Positions 61,282-64,000 of a stretch of DNA of 64,000 bases are shown piece by piece. The position numbers were made by a program, and so were the translations under genes. Origin of the DNA: Selaginella moellendorffii. Taxonomy: Eukaryota > Plantae > Lycopodiophyta. Within the stretch, counting starts at the first letter, position 1, and every line of letters begins with the position of its first letter. The stretch lies in assembly GCF_000143415.4 (NCBI RefSeq), contig NW_003314405.1:82282-146281 (forward strand). Reading direction: 5' to 3'. The notes under the pieces are model-generated. The model saw only the letters and a program-made list of their open reading frames with translations, made no database searches and was not told the origin of the DNA.

Positions 61282-64000
61282 TGAGACACAAAATCCCTAG
61301 GCCCCAAAGTGGAGCCGAAAGGGTGCCACATGGTAGTGGCCGAAGCGAAAGCCAAACGAACGTAACACGTTTGGACTAAAAGCTTCGACTTAAAAAGGTC
61401 GAGAGTGGGAGTGGAACTCCCAACGAAGTGCTTGAGGAACGAGCACGAAGTGAGCAATAAGCGAGGCTCCAAAAAGGGACCCAAAAGGACCAACACATGA
61501 CACGTGGAAGTGTCCGAGATGGACTCGAGTTGGGGTCCGAAGTTGAGTCCGAAGTGGAGTCCGAGACGGAGTCCGAGGTGGACCCGAGATAGACCCGAGG
61601 TGGAGTCCGAGATGGAGTCTGAGATGGACCCGAGATGGAGTCCGAGATGGACCCGACATGGACCCAAGATGGAGTCCGAGATGGACCCGAGATGGAGTCC
61701 GAAGTCGAGACCGAGACCGGGACCGAGACCGGGACCGAGACCGAGACCGAGGCCGAGGCCAAGACCGAGCCCGAGTCCAAGCCCGAGTCTGAGTCCGAGT
61801 CCGAGTTCGAGTCCGAGTCCAAGTCCGAGTTTGAGTCTGAGAGGGTGAAAGCCCAAAGCGTTCGTCTCCCAGACCCTGGGGGGTTTGGTGAGCTCTAAAA
61901 GTATAGTCGAGGGAGGACTGCAGTGAAGCCAGTTTGGTCAGGAACGGCCAGTTTGGCCCAGGAAGGCCGGACCCAGTATTGGGTGATGAGCTGCCCACTG
62001 GGAAGTCCAAGACTAGAGTGAACACGGACCGACAAGCGGGGTAGCTTGGTGAAGTGTTCAAGAGCCGGCTCTAGTTCCCTCGGGAGATCGACTGGCCGAT
62101 GCTCCCAGTCCAAGTGTGGGTGGCACTACCTACTTGGATACCTGGTGTGGCTCAATGGAACCTCGCTCTAAGCCCATGGCTAGAGCACCCAAAGACAGAA
62201 GGCGAGGAGAGTACTCACGAGGCCCACGTAGGGCCACGGTGTTTCGAAATGTTGCCCCAAAGTCCCAGACTGTGGAAAGGAAGAGGAGTAGCCCTCTAGT
62301 GTGGTGATAAGGGACACAGTCACACCGTGAGGAAGTCCCAGAGGACAGTTGGACTTAGTGGTCAGGCCTGTGGGCCTTGATCCAGTGGCAATGTTGGTGA
62401 ACGTGGCCATGGACAGGAAGGGACTTGGTGGGGACCAGAAAGGAGATATTGGGGAAGGCTATTCCCCATGTCTGCAGGCATTTTGAGGATGCTATGGAGT
62501 GGATCTGGGATAGCCACTCATGGATGGATGGCCTAGTCTTTGAGAGATGGGATTGTAATGCAGGTGGTGTTGAACCACCGGGGTGACCAAGGTGAATGGG
62601 CATGGCTTTAGCGTAACAGGCCGATATGTTGGTGGTACCTCGGGGTGCCGGTCATAGGATCGGACACGTGGAGCACTTGGACCAAGTGCAAAGGTGGAGT
62701 GGCATGAATGCCATTCTCGGGGCTAATAAGCCCCAAGTCCTAACTGGGACTTATGGAGGTTGTGAATGAGACTCCTCCAAGTGGTTGGAGGTGCGGTTAA
62801 GTGACTAAAGTAAAATGGAAAAATTAGTTGTTTACAACTTGGTATCGGAGCTGTTCCTTAGTCTGACTTTTATTGGTGCTCAAGTATATCACCACTAGTG
62901 TTAGCATCGGAAGGTCCGAGGAGTGGGCCTATCCTTGAGGAGTAGCAGGTCGGGAATACATGGCTCTCCATTACAGTTCATGTGTGAACTTGTAGACAAG
63001 GTGGTGGATAGAAAAGGGCCAATAATGGAACGACTTTGGGATCTTGGGAACAGTGCAAGGTTTTCCTCATTGAGTTGAGGAAGTGATCCAGATGAGCGTT
63101 TGACTCAACAAACTGGCTAACGTAGTTGTGGTAAACAACTATAGTTGGGATCACGGGAAAGATGTAGACTCCAAAACAATAAAGGAGTCACAAGATTACC
63201 CTCATATAGTTGAGGCTAGTGCTCATAACTTTGAGACCAGAATTGATGACCATGGGAGGTCAAATACAGAAGAGGACACAAGTCCTTGAAATGATAGCCG
63301 GGGCTACCTCTAATAAATGCTAGAACAACCCAAAGAGTTGGGGGTGTACTCAGAGGATGAGTTGGTATTCTCATCACATGGACAAGTGGTCCTAAGGGGA
63401 AAAGGTTGCCCCAAGAGAACAAATCAAGTGTCTGAGTAACACTTGCAAAGATGGTCCTTGTGAGTAGGACCTGAATACAAGAAGTTGTATTTTAGCGAGT
63501 TGGCACCTCGAAGACTAAGACCTCGCAGGTCGTTGGATTAACAAAGTCTAAAATGTTGGATGACTCAAGTGGAGTCAGAGAATGGTCCTAAAGGATTGGT
63601 TGAAGCATTTGGACTGAGGTGTATGGTGCCCCATAAGGTATGGGGAGGATCATAAGATCCAAGTATGAGAACAGTAGGTATCTCATAAATGGCAGAATGT
63701 ACCATGCTAAAGTTGTGGGAAAGATGTTCCCAGAAGAAAGCAACTTTGGCCCAGAGTTGGGTGCAAACACTATAGTGCGGTGCTAACAGATAGTTAGCAT
63801 GAGGAATAACTATATTAGTCTTAGCAAAGACCTAAACACTAATAAGTAGTGTCATAAGGATAGGCTCGTGGGGCCAATGGTGTGGAAACACCAAATGTGC
63901 CAAGGTGTGATACCTTGAGGTTATGTTAGTGGGTTCATAAGAACCCCTTGCCAAGGGAATCCCAACGGAAATGGGAATGATATAGCCTAAGCTGGAAGGC
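61282..64000 (+). mobile_element. Younger LTR retrotransposon copy B (LTR 61282-62836, tRNA-iMet-type PBS, runs off the window)
   Basis: TG...CA-bounded ~1.55-kb LTR followed by TGGTATCGGAGC at 62840; CCGAGA/CCGAGT hexamer array at about 61510-61845; no long ORF after the PBS. Confidence 0.88.

Noticed and set aside
57327-62061. ORFs with RPRPRP, ETETET, LGLGLG or SDSDSD runs (also 55121-55352)
   Set aside because: They are translations of the LTR hexamer satellite in several frames.
57239-62836. Reading the two LTRs as the 5' and 3' LTRs of one element
   Set aside because: Both are followed by a PBS and the same internal sequence, they are strongly diverged, and no PPT precedes the second.

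Overview
This is eukaryotic plant DNA. The very short introns (about 50-70 nt), tight gene packing and PLS-class PPR genes suggest a lycophyte such as Selaginella (inference). 1-33 kb is gene-dense. It holds the 5' end of a PHO1-family SPX gene with tandem P1BS boxes, an intronless TRN1-like LRR-Roc-COR (Roco) gene flanked by decayed sucrose-phosphatase and KLHDC4 fragments, and a PHR1-like MYB-CC factor. It also holds two divergent PUS6-type pseudouridine synthases, a G6P 1-epimerase, orphan intronless genes, a HAL2-like PAP phosphatase, MED21, a UGT, a PPR-E gene and a penta-ubiquitin with Thr28. 33-47 kb is a debris zone: Copia fragments, a kelch-like gene, a DXR pseudogene, a Helitron relic, a deleted copy of the neighbouring SGR2 gene, and a short-LTR Copia containing a long inverted repeat. 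After that come a U1 snRNA gene, an SGR2/DDHD phospholipase, and three differently aged copies of an LTR family whose LTRs carry hexamer satellites. Best leads: the atypical Roco gene, the PHO1/P1BS/PHR co-location, the Copia hairpin and two orphan proteins. Family assignments come from recalled motifs, not database searches, and relic boundaries are approximate.
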